From the NCBI GenBank assembly GCA_965644295.1, contig CBFFRP010000090.1, forward strand, positions 62,001 to 126,000: a stretch of DNA of 64,000 nt. The letters are read 5' to 3'. Positions 32,049 to 46,523 of this stretch are shown here, in pieces. Origin of the DNA: Paraphysomonas bandaiensis (lineage: Eukaryota > Protista > Chrysophyceae). The stretch's first letter is position 1. Every line of letters begins with the position of its first letter. A program made the translations under genes and the position numbers. The notes below the pieces were generated by a model, which saw only the letters and a list, made by a program, of their open reading frames with translations, was not told the DNA's origin and did not search any database.

Positions 32049-34930
32049 ATGGACCCGTTGCGTAATGGTGCGATATTTCGACTTGATCCGAAAGCATTGG
32101 CGAGATTGGGCACTCCATCACCCGCCCAGAGAACCCCCCCACCTAGGCCTCCTGTAGTCGCATCATCCGGTGACGTAAACTCTGAAATAAAGGCTAAATT
32201 CAATGAGCTTTATAGGTCCACTCCAAACCCTCTCTCTGCCCTCATGTCATCTCCGCCGGCACGATATCCAGGTATATTTAGTCCGCCTATCCACAACCAT
32301 TCGCACATGCAGTCACCATCTATTTCGGCGTCTCCAGATATACACTACCCGGTCAGAGAGGTACACTCATCACACATTCAAACATCTAACCCGATAGATA
32401 AAAATGCACGTACCAGTAAGGTCTCTCCCGCTGTCGAGCCGGGTAGACAGCAGCAACAATCTAACAGAACAACTCCGTCGGATTTTTCTGAGTCAGCTCA
32501 TGGTGTATGTGAATCAGTTTCACAGCCTATGCACGATAAACCATCGTCGTCTGAGTCATCTGTTTTACATTCTGACGATGTAGAAGCGAATGTATACTCA
32601 AACGGGAAACAGCATGCACTGTCATGTCGACAGTCTGCAATCACTTCTTCAGTAGTAGATTCGACAGACGACATTGCTGTGTCCTCTGTTACCCCAGCAA
32701 AGAAGGAAACGAAGAAACGTCGTAAGTCGAGCTCTAATGTTATCCAAAGAACGCCAATTAATCGTTCCACCCGGCGGGAAGTCCACTCTGCCCCCCCTGT
32801 CAAATCCCGAGCAACTTTGCAGCTGTCAGCTCAACAAAATACTGAACCTAGCACTCCGACCGATTCGTGTGGTAATAGAAACTTGTTGAATACCTCCGTG
32901 ATGCACCGGCAAGTGCAGTCTGAGGTGAAAGCCCGCCTCTCTAGACCAGAACGAGTAAGTAGGGGGCGGACACAGAAGACGGCGGACTCGCTCGTGATGC
33001 TGAATCAAAACCATATCAAGACTGAAGTGAATACCCAGTCTTTGTCGAAAGAGGTGAAGAAAGTCGAATCATCTACGAAGAATATACAATCCCCATCCTC
33101 AAAACTCAAAGTTTCCGAGAGCATCAATGGTTCTTCGTCAAAATCGTCCAAGTCTACTCTGAGAAAATCCAAGCGTGGCCCCGTAACGGAGGAAGAAAAT
33201 ATTATGGGAGGGGAAGAGGTACACAGTGAACACAGGCAACCGTCCAAGCCTTCAACTGAGGACCCGAGATCATCTAGTAATGGTAAAAAACGTCGCCGTT
33301 TTGCATCCTCAGATACAGTTCTAGAGGAAACAGTGAATCGAAAGAAAATAAAGGATATCGAAGGCCCGGATAAATTGAAAGTGAGTGATTCGAATGTAAA
33401 GAAAAGACGAACGGATAGAAAAGCATCCTCACAGTCGAGCAAGAGAAAGTCTGTTAAATCGCAGATGGAAAGTGCACCTGCACCTGGAGAAAGGATATCT
33501 AATGAAGTGGTTGCTCCCCTGGTAGCTCCGGCAACGACGAGCGGCCGGAGAGCTGCACGCCACACAAATGGTTTGCTTTCTCTAGGTGCTCCTGATTGTA
33601 ACGATAAAATATCCCACCGTACGAGATCTCGCATGTTGGAGGCAAAGGAGGAAGTGGAACCGCCGGTTGAGTGTGCAAGTGTGATTGAGTCAACACAGAA
33701 CGACAGTATTTCTCAACAGGCTCCTGTAAAGTCAGCAGGTAAGAAGGGAAAGAAAACCACCACTATCAGAAAAGTTTCGGATGGCGGTACAAAGAATCAG
33801 GATCTTAAAAAGAACAGAGCTAAACCTGTTGTTGGTGATGATGACACTGGTCCTTCTGTAGCTACCGTAAAGGAGATTTCCTCAAAACATTCAACGGATT
33901 CCCGAAAGTGGAACGCGCAGGAAATTAAGGCCTTGAAGCAGGCGCACAGACAGTGTCCAGTATCAGCACCTGATTTTTGGACCCAAGTAGCGACGACAAT
34001 GACTCGACTTATGACAGGTAGTGTTGCGGAGTATTCCGGACGGAGTGAAACAGAGTGTCAAGAACAGTGGTTTAAGGTGTGCTGCTGACAAGTAACACTA
34101 ATTCATATTAAATAGTATACACGCAGGCACTGGAAGAAAAACAACAGAAAGAGAAAAAGAGAATCAAGCCAAACACCATGTCGAAGTCTGTAATATCCAG
34201 CAAAGTTCAAGGTATCGTATGACGATACTTGAAGATCCTGTTGTAAGTTAGTGTATACCTCAGATGACGATGGCAGCGTACCGCCACCGAAAAAGAAGAG
34301 AATGACAAGAGCCGAAATGCAGGTGTGTTTAACAACTGTTGCCATTAAGTAGTAAGTGCTGATCGAGATGATAAATGTCTTTATACTTACGTGTTTAATT
34401 GTTATTTGCTCCTCTGTATTCAGCACCTGCTCCAAGAGGCCTTTGTCAGTGACGCAGATGATATTTTTGACAGCGCGGATTTGAGGAGGAACAGCGCTGC
34501 TGATTCCCCTGATCCTACCGTCAACAAAAGCTGCCTGATCTCCTTGTCGTCGCCGCGCGACTTGGATGAGCACAGCGAAGACGATGATAGTGCGAAGCAA
34601 TCAAGCACTACGGCTGCACGGTCCAAGTCAAGTAAATCAAGGTGGCAGGCGAATTATGTGAATAAGATGAAGAAGCGCGTGGTTCCGAAGATTGCGAGTC
34701 AGTCGGCTGGTAAATCTTCTAAGAGCAAGGGGAATAAAATACACTCGCTGATTCATTCTGAAGACACAGATTTGAATCTCGATACTGGTAGAAGCACTGT
34801 TAATATCAAAGCCCGTGTATCTACCAGTGGCCGTGTGTGTGTGTCTCTGAAGCCCGAAGATTCGGATGAAGATATCGAGGAGTATTTGAATAGGTCAGAT
34901 GGGGATAGTGATGATAACTCATCCTCATAG
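32049..34930 (+). CDS. SANT/Myb-domain nuclear protein, Mis18BP1/KNL2-like C-terminus, multi-exon
   Basis: WNAQEIKALKQA...DFWTQVA...GRSETECQEQWF (SANT), followed by HLLQEAF...DDIFDS and YVNKMKK. Long disordered N-terminus with NLS-like clusters. First ATG at 32049. Confidence 0.6.
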
Positions 34931-35429
34931 GTGCTCTATTCATTATTTTTACTAGCTGTTATGTCCATATGTGTCCATGTATATTATACTTTAACAATGT
35001 ATTACACATATTGTTTAAGATAAAAGAACAACAATATTATAGTGTTTTATCGACTATTCTGATAACCTCTTCAGTGATTGTACTAAGTGAAATGTACTTC
35101 TCTATCCTATGTCATCAATGGCAGCATGTTTAGCATCAAGCTAACCTTTCCATCACATAATTACTTGCTTATATAATAAATAGCACCTTATGTAGGAGTT
35201 GCATATTGAATATACAATATACTGTTTCAGACAAACGAGATATAATACGAAAGCTGTCTATGTTAAATAATGTTGATTAGATATAAATGATGTATTTGCA
35301 CATGAAGGCGAGCTGGATGAAAAGAAAGAGAATGATGAAAAAGCCAAGATCATTCGTTTACATAAGGACCCCGAAAGCGAAAGAAAGCACTCACCAAGCT
35401 GTCAACATGATATCGTTGCATAAAACAAT

Positions 35430-35570
35430 TGTATGGCACTACTAATGTTTGTCACAGGTTGTTTAGCAGAGATAAGATTGTTATGACTAATTTCGCAAGC
35501 GAATGACACCTCTAGACACCTTGAAATGTTGATGTTTCTGCGTGCAAATCGACATCTTTGGGGTAAAATT
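35430..35570 (+). mobile_element. hAT transposase C-terminal dimerisation-domain remnant
   Basis: Frameshifted TTNVCHRLFSRDKIVMT/RKRMTP/RHLEMLMFLRANRHLW resembles SNxVERLFS...RxxMxP..LE.LMFLxxNxxLW. Confidence 0.7.
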
Positions 35571-35943
35571 ATAGGTCAGAAAGCTATTCTAAGATCTAGC
35601 AATAGATTTGAAGGCAATTAATAGGATGCTTGATAATAATAGCAATTATTATTGTTGGATATCTGTCACCTATTTATTGTTACGCAATCCTGTCAAGTGC
35701 ACAGAATAACTCTTCGTTTACACATTTACACGATCAAGGAGTGAGACAATTGTTGTGCTAAGTGCCAACTGTGCTTAATGTAGAATGTAGTATGTAGTCG
35801 TTAAATTAATGTAAAATGTTCATTAGTACTGTTACTTTAATGATTGATAATTGATAACAGTTAATAGTCTTTAATAATAAGATGTTTTTATTCAGAACCG
35901 CATTCAAAATCACGTGAGATATCAACATTTGGTACAGCAGTAC

Positions 35944-36860
35944 TTAACCCAACCAATTTAACAAAAGTCTGTCGTGGGACATTTGCTTTATTTCATCCCT
36001 ACTACCGTGCAGACAAAGAAATTCGAGCACTCTGTCTTCGCGGCTTCCTTGAAGTATACCTTGTATATTTATTGAATTCACAGTGCGGCCCCCTTTTTCT
36101 GAGCTAGTATTTGAATTATTACTCCGAAGAAGTTCTGCTCTGCGCCTTCTCTGACGCCTTCGATTGACTGTGAAAGGAGTAGTGGAGAGAGGTCGTTTTC
36201 TACATTCATCAGATAAGTCCCCAGTGTCTCGTTGTACTTCACGTGGAAGTGATCTACCTAACCGCCCAAGCATTCCTCGGTCAATGATGCAGAATGAATA
36301 TGTGTAAACACTAGGATACGAAGAACTGAATTTACACCATTCCTCGTAAAGATTTTCCGCGTCTTGTTTACCTCTCCTGCGGAAATGGTCATAAATCTAA
36401 GTAGAAGGTTATAAAACACTATACTTGAGTATATATTCTTACATTTGTCAGTGTGCTTCTTATCTGACTCATTTCTTTCCTGATCCACTCCCCGTCTCGA
36501 TGTGATCTCCCATCCAACGAAGGATTAAGATCATAGCAGCTTTGGGCTATGCTCTCCATTTCTGAAACGGGCCTGTAGTACATTGTGTAATACCATTCGT
36601 CACTCACATGAAATGATTTGAGGGTGTGCCGTCCTCGTTATAGTGTACACATTGGTTTTGGAACACTAAACTGTGATCATTAAACATTTTTGCCAATTGC
36701 AAATGCATCAAACGGCATCTGCACATATAAATTTAGTGGCAATAACTTGCTTACGATATGGTGTGTAACCTGTCATGCTTTGTAGTATTGGCTCCATCAT
36801 CTTGGTCAGTATCAAAGGCTTCAGGCTTGGTTGCCATTTTAGTTCACAGTTATATATGAG
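35944..36860 (-). CDS. Hypothetical multi-exon protein, possibly degenerate or transposon-associated
   Basis: Chain of short ORFs spliceable to ...LNPSLDGRSHRDGEWIRKEMSQIRSTLT..YDHFRRRGKQDAENLYEEWCKF...MLGRLGRSLP. Ends are uncertain. Confidence 0.35.
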
Positions 36861-37369
36861 TATGTTATGAGGTGTGTTGCTACATAGCAATATACTCTGT
36901 GTGTGTATAGAGAAGCAGCCAAAACAAACTTAACTATCATGCATATATTGTCAATTCAACCAATCATATCACTCCTTACTATCCTGCTGCTGGTCATGTG
37001 TAGAAAGCGTTTTTGAAACGGTTGTATGTGGGTGTATACAGAGCAGAGGCAGTAATACAGTACTGTGTAAAGGTGTGAGTATACGTCTTGTGTAGGAGAT
37101 TGTGCACTATGTACACAGCATAGAGCAGTACATACATCATCATATGTAAGACCACTCAAGCTGACTTCGACTTCATTCCTGTGTCCTCTGTACGAAGATG
37201 AAGACAGGCTGAGCTACCCATAACTATATATAGAATCCTATAGCTACCTATCACACTATTATTACAAGCTGACCAGCTGGTGTATACTGTAGAGAACACA
37301 TGTTTCATGCACTCTTCGTTTATTGTGACTGTGATTTACTTACCTTATAGTTCGTTTGATTAGCTTAAG

Positions 37370-40300
37370 ATGCCACGAGTGAATCAGAGTAGTAGAAATC
37401 CCACTCTTGAGCCCATCATGCGCTCATCCACCACACAGCCACAGTATCTCTCTTCTGGTTCAAGAAGGGGTCAAGACTGGGACTCGAGTTGTCCAGCAGG
37501 TGGAAAAGTGATGATGGAATACAGTGCCATAACAGATCCGTACTGCCCGTACACGCGAACAAAGGCATTTAAAAAGCATATGAAACGACAGCAGAAACTT
37601 GAAAAAATTCCTGCGGAAAAGTTATCGAAGTCACTTGGTGCCGGGCTGCAGACTTCGATGAACACCTCTAGTCGGCCAACTTCAGCTCCTCAACGCAAAA
37701 ACGCCCCGAAACACCAAAGCGAGAATTTTCTGAGTAGCGGTGTAACTATATCTTCAGAAGCTCAAGGTAGTGCTGCCGAAAGTCAAGCTGAATTGGAGGT
37801 ATTGAAGGCTATTTTGAACCGCGAGGGTTATCTCTCTCGCCTGAGCAAGGTTGTTAAGAAAGTGGACAAAAAGTTCAAACCAGAGATCGCAGATGTTCTG
37901 GACATGATACGCATTGCCACTACAGATGTTGTGGATGCTATCGAGAATTGGCGAAATATTAAGGTAAATGTGACTGACGCATCTGATATGTCGAGTGATT
38001 TTTGTCGCTTACAGAACGATCCAGATTGTGCGTTTATGTGGAATGGAATTAATTACTTACTCAAGATTCCTACTGACATGGACTATATTGACCGGTGTAA
38101 AGTTATCACAGACTGGCTGGGGTTTGGAATTTCCCGTAACCCATTCTGTGTCCCGTATCCAATGGAGGAAGGAGCAGAATTATTCTCGGGATCCCTGATG
38201 GCCACATCAGAGGGTCCGAGCGAACAGATGTCCGTCTCGACGACTGATGGGTTTGTAATTGGCGGGAGTAAAAGTTTTTCGAGTTCATCTAAGTTGCGGA
38301 ACAAATTTCCTCGTGCATCTCGTCAGGGAGGTGAGGAATATGCATCGGCCAGTGTTGGATCTCCCTATAAGAGGGGTAGCGGTGATATATCGGGTTATAC
38401 ACCTAGCACATATGGTGGAGGCGCAGCGCTGGCAGGCTCGACATCCAAGGGTGCGGTACAGTCCTTTATTCCTAATAAAGAAATGGTTCGAATACGTAAC
38501 GCTGAGAGGGTGATACTGGTGGAAGAGGACAAGTTTGGTAGGCTAGACAGAGACCCCGAAGGAAGAATAATTCACAATTCCCAGGTAATTTGCGACGAAT
38601 ATATGTAGTGCAGGATATGAATAGTGATTGTACGTATGTTTTTTTATATTTACTGTTTGTTAGGAATTCGCTATGCCCATGTCGGTTTCGCAAAGGGGTG
38701 ATGAGTTGAGTGGGGCTGGGCTTGATAACGAGGTTGATTTATCAGACGGCGATGTGGATGCACTAGATAAAGTGACTCAGCGTCCAATCACAGGAAACAA
38801 AGAGCGTAGTGTGAGAGCGGTGGACGGTGGAATGATTACATCTGGGGTGTCTCAATCTCGGGTGTCACATCTTCCCACACGCTCGCATGAAGTAAATACT
38901 AAGAACAGTAACAGGAAGAAAACAGTTGGGGATAGGCTAGCTGAGATCACAGCACTGAAAGAGAAGATAGCCATGGAAAAGTCGCTTCTCGAAAAATCAC
39001 AACAGCAGTTAGATGAATTGAATGGTGTCAAGGTTGTCAAACCCAAGAAGGGCCGTGTTCAGAGTAAAACAGCCAAGAATATTGATGGGAAAGGAACGTT
39101 GGTGGAAAGTGTAGCGAATGAAGATGAAGTCAAGGAGGATAGAGACGAAGTTGACAACGTGAAAAGTAGTTCTGACTATGGAAAAGAGATATATATAGTA
39201 GAAGAAATTGAGCATAAAACTCTGCAAAATGAAGAAAGCGATGCGCGAAATAGTCCACAGAAAGATGTGCACTTCGATCCATATGATCTTTACGCAACCA
39301 AAGCTCAAACTCAAGTCCGAAAGTGGCTGGCCCAGCGGTTCGTGACCCATTATAGAAAAGCAGCGAATGAAGCGAGTAATGTTATCCAAACGAGAGTTAG
39401 AGGCATGTGTGCGAGATTAAGATGCAGGAAGCTCATGAGACAGAAACGCGCGGCAATTGAAATTCAAAGGCATTTTCGTGGAATGTCGTCAAGAGTAAGT
39501 ATTTAGTAACCGTCATGTGATAATGTTTAATATCTACGATAGCTGGCTAGTGCTGCTGTGGCTCGAAATTATCACGATTGTAAGGCTGCTATTAAAATAC
39601 AGAAGATATGGCGACGCATTCTGGCCCTTAATCGCGTTGAAACAAAAAAAATACTAGATGACTGCTCTGCAGATGCAATGGAATGTGTAAACGCAAGGAA
39701 TTTATTTCCAATGGATGTGAAAGAGCTATCGATTCGGATTCAATTGGCACTAAGCGAGCCTCATAATGTTACTCTTCCGCCTGATGAAGTACTTCACTTA
39801 CTTCGGATGAGTAGTATTCTACTCGCAGCCGGAGAAGGAGTTTCAAACCTAACTTCAACTGATCAGGGTGTGTCTACCTCGAGTCCTACACAAGATAGCC
39901 GCAATATGTCTTGGCAACAAGCAATGAAGCTTGTGAACAGATCAAATAAATTTCTTCGACGCATCAGGGCTCTGGCGTACGCACCAATTGCAAAGCCTCC
40001 GCGCTTGATTAATCTTCCTGATGATGCAATAGCACTGTATAAGGCACAGGGCCGCAACCCTAAATGGTGTCTCTCATATTTTGAATCAATTGGAAAAGGC
40101 TCGAAGTTTTGCGCACAGTTATTTAAGTGGCTTGTAAGCATGATTCAAGTGGGCCAGGCTCAAACGAAGTTCTTTGAGTACATTGGCGATAAATTTCCGG
40201 ATTGGCTCCCGAAATTGTTTGAGGTACAGAAGCAAGCTCGCAAATGCGAGTTTGATATAGCATTGAACAACCGTTCTATTGCTCTTATTATTCAAACAAT

Positions 40301-43300
40301 TGAGGTAACCCCTGATGATGGGAATCTAAAACTTATTCTTGAAAAAGAAAAGCAAGCCCTTGTCAAAGAAAACGAGGGGCTTGACTGTAAATTACAGAGC
40401 TATACTAAAAGAGAGAAAATAATATGTGATGATCAAAACGATGTGGAAACATCCACGCTTGATACAATGACCGCAAAGTTGGACATGAAAGAAAATAGTC
40501 TAAGAGAGACTGCTCAAGAATATTTGAGTCTAATCAAATTAACTGAAGAAGGTGACATGTCAGCAGAAAGTAAGTTACAACCCACAAGGGAGAAACTTAC
40601 TGCATTGCGCTCAGAGGTACAAGACGCTAGAATTCAGCATGGTCTGCTCGTGGCCCAGGTTGATAGCAATCGGAAACGGCGACGAAATAGAAAGCCTATT
40701 TCCGCTAATGTACTTGTTAAGGTAAATCTTGCCGGAGAAGCTAAAGCTTTGCTGACCCTCGCGACGGCCAAGAAGGCTGTTCTTTTATTGGATCGGGGCA
40801 TTCATTCAGAAGATGGGCTGCATCGAAATCCTGATGCTGCCGCCATATATGACGACTTGTGCTACCAAGAGAGGCAGCGAAAGACTGAATTTCGATCATT
40901 GCTGCGGCAAGCTGACGAGGAGCTCCAGGTTCTTAATAATTCATTCACGAGTGGAATATTCAAACGCGAAGAAGATGAAAGGAATGAGCGTGCGAAATTT
41001 GTTCCCACTGAGGCGGAGCTTGAGGAAGAGCGTATGGAAGATGAACGTGAAGCGAGGGAGGAGCGTTTTGCAAACCAGAATTTTGTGCCTCATGAAGTGA
41101 TGTACGATGCTCCTGACAGACTGCGGCCAGTAATATTGGCTTTTGGTCGCGATGTGCCTGGTTTCACCAAGGATAAGATCATATCTGATGTGACTGCGCA
41201 ACTTCCTGGAATGTTTATACAGCTGGACTGCGACGGAAACATGGGGCTTGATCGCAATGAAATGCAGGGCGTGTTAGATGCCAAGAAGTCAATTATCATA
41301 TCGGTTGATCATGGCCTAACACAAACCAGCCGTGTTGCTTTCATGAAAGCTTACTCTACCGTCGTGCGATGTTTAGTTCCAAAGCCGTACACAATATTTG
41401 TGTTAGGGGAAGATGGGAATGCTCGCAAAGCAAACGGCGATCAACGTTTTGGTGTATCTGTCAAAGACATTCAGCATTTGCACGATGCACCAATAAAGCT
41501 ATCACTGGAGAAAATGGCGTGGATTTTGCAAGAGCTCGTGACTGATGATATTCGCCAGCGAATGGAGTTACGGGCTGCAATGATTGTTCCTCCGTCCCCT
41601 GCATATATTATATGTTTGGAAGCGCTCTTCATTGCACAGTCTGATCATACGAGATTCCAGCAACCAGAAGATAATATTGCAGCTATTTCGTATCGGGCAA
41701 CACAGGCTTTACTCCAAGATCCGCATCGCCTTGTTGCCCTTCTGCAGCAAATGGGACGCGGAAAAGCAGATGAGAAGTTGTGTGATATATTGAAAAATTA
41801 CACCGCACATCGTTCGTGGCCGTATCCGTCGCATCCGGAAAGGCAGAGTGACCCACTGTTAAACTTGTTAGCAACTTATGTTGAGGAATGGACCAACAGT
41901 GAAGTGATGACACTTGAGCGAGGCGGTATACCCGATAGTGGTTTATTCAAAAATTCCATGGAAAGAGTGCAAAGTGTCGTCACCATAGCTGATGTAACTG
42001 ATGCTAATGATGAATTGGCGGCGAAAAAAAGGTCTGGTTGGAAGACTCCAATGACTCAAATTTTGAAAGGAATTTTGTATGAGATGAGAGTTGCGAAGAC
42101 TGTGCGGAAGATTGAAAAATATATGTACAGTATAAATGTATACCGTGAGGCTGGGCGAATATTCTTTGATGCGTATGATGCAAGCACGTCACAGAGCTAT
42201 GTAACGTCCGTATCCCTCTTCGAGGTGCCTTCGCTTCTTGTACCTAATGCTTTAACAAGTGACATGTCTAAAGAATCTGAAAGTGTGTCACCTCCTATGA
42301 CCCCAAAAGAAATGTATATGCGATTAGTGAAGTTGCTTCGATTCCAGAAGGCCTCAAAGCTGAGGTCTAGTCGGAAAGAGCTGTTATGCAGGAGGGAAAA
42401 TAGGTTCATGAGCCATCAAGTAACGAAGTTATGCGGTCACTCCGTAATGCTCAAGTGCTTTGAGGCTGCTTTAGGTGAACTATACTTTGAGGCTTATTTA
42501 CCAGAATATAGCGCTAAGCTGACGCTTCAAGTCGAAGACACTTTACGGTTAAAAATGTTAGCGAATTGTGACCAGCAGTTGGAGCATCGCATGTTGGAAT
42601 CTGATTATAGTGTGGATTTGTTACCTTATGTGTTGGATCGTTTGCGCGTTACGCCCACCAAACCTGTCACCGATTCGCGAAAAGAAAAAGTTACAACTAC
42701 TTCAGCGTTGTCACAGAAAACATCCAATCAAGGGTTTAGTTTGGTTCTGAACTGTAAAGCTGGTCCAGGTCGATTCCTTACAAAGAAAATTTTGTCTTTT
42801 GCTGGTATCCCATATTTATTGGCCTTACGCTCCTCTGCAGTCTCACAAACTCTGCGTATTATCGCGTACGAGCCGCGTACACAGGCGACTTCGGAATTGC
42901 GGTTGACTTCATTTTCCCGTGTGCTCTTACTTGGAGCAGTCAATGACGACCATAATATGTGGTTTCCAAAATTGAAAAAAATACTTCGCTTGGACTGGAA
43001 GAACAAGCGTGAATTGACAATTGACAAGACTTTATACCGTACAGTTAGGCGCATATCCAAGCGACGTTTAATCTTGACGTTTTCTCTTGCTGATGAAAAT
43101 GGTCTTCTGTTCGACTTTCATGACCCTTTCACAGGGGATCATTTCAGTGCTAATGTTACGAAGAATCATATTATAGATTTGTTGCATTATGACCAGAACG
43201 AATTGTTGGGTGAATCTAACACGGGTAAAATTGGCGCAGTTGTCAGTGCAGTGAAAGACATACTCCGATACATGCTGGGGGCAAGAAGGAAAGCGAATAA

Positions 43301-46222
43301 GGCGGGGACGAAAGCTATTGATCCATCTGAGTACGATATACCATTGGAAGATATATTGTCACAGAAAGAGTGCTTGATTCATCTTGCTAATCAAATGCAG
43401 CAGCTGGTTGAGCGTTTGGTTCCATCTGATATGAGGGGAGGTTATGTATGCCGATTTCCAACTGAAATTGTGTTTGAAAGGAAAGATCAAAGTGTTAACA
43501 ATACTACGCATATTGTTTCCAATGATGAGTCGGTTATAACAGATGCCTCTTCAGCTACGTCTCGTATTCCCGCTTCTTGTTCTGGTATTGAGTCTGCAGT
43601 TTGTGATAGGGGAGTGGATACCAAGCCAAAACTTGATATGGTTTTACGGCACACCCATCGCCTTGTTCAGCTTGAGCGTGGGGGTTCACTTGCGGATCTA
43701 ATTGCTCGGCGGAGACAGCCAAAAGTGGTACGCATGGAGGACGAGTTGGACCGTCTTGCAGAATCCATGGCAGAGGCTGCGAAGCAGCGAATGATTGCAG
43801 ATAAGTTGGCGGCTGAAGAGTTGCATCGTAAGCTCGTGGTTGATGGGGATGATCTTTCTTCGACAAATGAAGCCATTTCCAAAGAAATATTGCCTGACAA
43901 ATCTGACATAGCACCTGCCGCTTCAAATGCAGATATAGCTCTTGGGCCACCAAAAACATTGCGAGAGGAGAAAATCCGTGAGGAACGAGCTCCATTAAAA
44001 CAAAGAAGTGAGGGCGAAAAATCCTCGAAACCAAATGATGACGAATCATCTGTGCCAGTATCAGTCGAATTTGAGGATAGTAAATTAGATGAGAGTATTG
44101 TTTCTGGGGACTATTTTGAAAAGGAGACTCTGGGCACAAGTGTTTCTGCTTCTCCTCGGGACATGTTTGCCTCTGCAGATGATATTTCGGTGAGTCCCAG
44201 TTTGATTGACGACCATGTCAAGGTACCATCGACCAGACAGCAGAAGTTCTTGGAATCAGTGAAGTGCCGCCCACCACAATCCCTCTCGCCAGAAGAAGTT
44301 GAGAAAGTTCTCAAAGAAATAAAAGTTAGAGGTGAAATATGCGTGTTTGAAAGAGGTGTCAAGACGAATTTCCGTGAAGGTACTTCAAGATGGCATGGAC
44401 ACGTTAGTACTACTGTTTATGAAGCTGCATGCTGGGATAACATCGAAGGAGTGGGACGGAGTTTCCGATTCGTGGTGTATGAAACTAGAACTGCCTGCTA
44501 CTATGAGGGTGTCGTGCGATCTACAAAACATCTTCGTGAAGTACTTGGCCCGACTGCGCAACACTTGCTTCATGCGGAAAAAACGAAAGAAATGGTGCTA
44601 TTCATCTGTCGAAACAGGTTAGAAGTAGTCAGAAACACTACAACCTGGGATGGCGTGCCAGTAGAAGACCCCATGGCTCCTGCTTATCGAATTGAGTTCA
44701 AGACTGATCGTTTATATACCGATGAAAAGATTACCCCTGCCTACGTTGGAGGCGAAGCTGATGCTGAGGCGAATAAAGATAAACTTATTGACAACGGTAA
44801 CCTCCTGTCGTTTTTATTATTTTTTTTACAGTTCATTTTGCAGTTGAAGCTCGTGGTAGGAAAATTCTTCGCATTGCGAAACGAATCAGCGGTCTGTTAT
44901 TACAACTGGTCGTGTTTGAACTTCCGTCCGGTGATGTGGAAAAAGCGAAGGCGGCCGAGGAAGAAGCCAAAAAGAGAGAGACTGAAGGCAAAGAAGGTAA
45001 TACGTCAAAGGCGAGTAATCCTCCTCGTGTGGCCACGAAAAAGCGAGCGAATATGGAGCAATATATATCTCCTCCCATTCGTGTTGTTGGTTACGATCCG
45101 CGCACTAAGAAGCGTTCGGTTCTTTTCATCCCACCGGAAGCTGTGATGGAAGTTGCTGGCGGTGCCTATTCTCAATATCTAGAGTTTGACCGTAGACGTG
45201 AGTTGGGAAAGCTAATATGTGACGCGCTGCAGCTTAACTTCCCTCGAGGTGGTGGATTTGATATGATTGTTCCTTGGTCTAAGGCTACGAAAGAGTCTAT
45301 GGGCGCAGTGGCCTCTGATAAGACTTCATGGAGATCTTCAGCTGAACGTATTCTACGAAGACCTGGTAAAATATTCCGGTCAGCAATTTCGATCACTGGT
45401 TACAATATCATCGTATCCGTTTACGCCACCGGTATTGGTTCAGATGGGGCCGTGGGTGACGACAAGACCGTTGTCGTCAACTTCTATTCCTCGCTGGCAT
45501 CTGAGGCAACTGAAATTCGATTGCCAGAAAATATACAGGTTGAATATTTAGGACAGCCTGTGATGAATTACCCGTCAGGGGAAGATCGATCCACAGCAAT
45601 AAGGAATATGTGTAAATACTTTCGCGTGGATATATACGATGATCCCGATGTTGATTCCAGGAGAATTCTTGATGTGGAGATGCTCCCACATGGGAATAGT
45701 TCGAAGCCTGATTCACGACTTTCAGGAGCTGAAGATGATATTGGTACACAGGGTTTTTTGCCACCTGAGTCAACAGGAAAGCTTCTCTTCCGCAGAAATA
45801 CTCAAGTGTATGTTGTAGAGAAGGGCGGTTTGTCAGATGTAGAGTTTTTGGTATCGCTGTATACTAAGACAGAACAAGAAGGCGCAGAGAGGGGTATTGT
45901 GGTAAAAGTATACGATCCGAAGATTTCAGTCACATTCTTTCAAGACTACGGACACAATGAAATCATCGCGCTCTGCAATCAAGCAGATGAGCCTGATCTT
46001 CTCAGAGATATTGTCACTACCCGCGATTATGTTTGTGGTGAAGCTGATGATACCTTAGAAGAAGGCTTGGTTACACCAAGTGAAAAGGAAGAGTCTCAGG
46101 AGAAGATGAATGAGTTAATTTCTATACTCTGTGATATAGTTACGAAGGATATAGGGATGACGACGAATTCTCAGGGAGAGAGAAGCTTATGTTCTCGTAG
46201 TTCTGTTTTTGAACCAAGTTAA
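37370..46222 (+). CDS. Very large (about 2800 aa) IQ-motif coiled-coil protein with dynein MTBD-like segments, multi-exon, probably ciliary
   Basis: Consecutive + strand ORFs joined by short introns (e.g. 44797-44843 puts ORF 44912 in frame). Four IQ-like motifs at about 39290-39625 (IQTRVRG, IQRHFRG, IQKIWRR). Confidence 0.7.
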
Positions 46223-46523
46223 TGCATATTTTCTGTTTGTTTCGCATGTGTTTGTGGTTAGAATGTTACATAGTGATTTGGTACGTTAGTCACCGTAATA
46301 ATGTGTGTTTTTACACTTATGGAGCTGTTATGTTGCAGTGTTTTTCAATGGTTAGTAAACTGAATGTGTCTCTTAGGCCAAAGGTGTAACAAGTTGCCTT
46401 TATTTCGTATATATCGTAGTTAAGGCAACATGTCGTGGCCTGGAATAATGGATGTATCACAATCACATGAAGCGGCGACTGCTATGCTCTATGCTGTAGT
46501 CTAGTGTTATAATATGTACCGCC

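Noticed and set aside
29698-34626. Numerous antisense ORFs of 60-200 aa inside the large genes
   Set aside because: Shadow ORFs of low-complexity coding sequence with no independent motifs.
44797-45146. Programmed frameshift between overlapping ORFs 39558-45146 and 44912-46222
   Set aside because: A 47-nt GT-AG intron (44797-44843) with a polypyrimidine tract joins them in frame.
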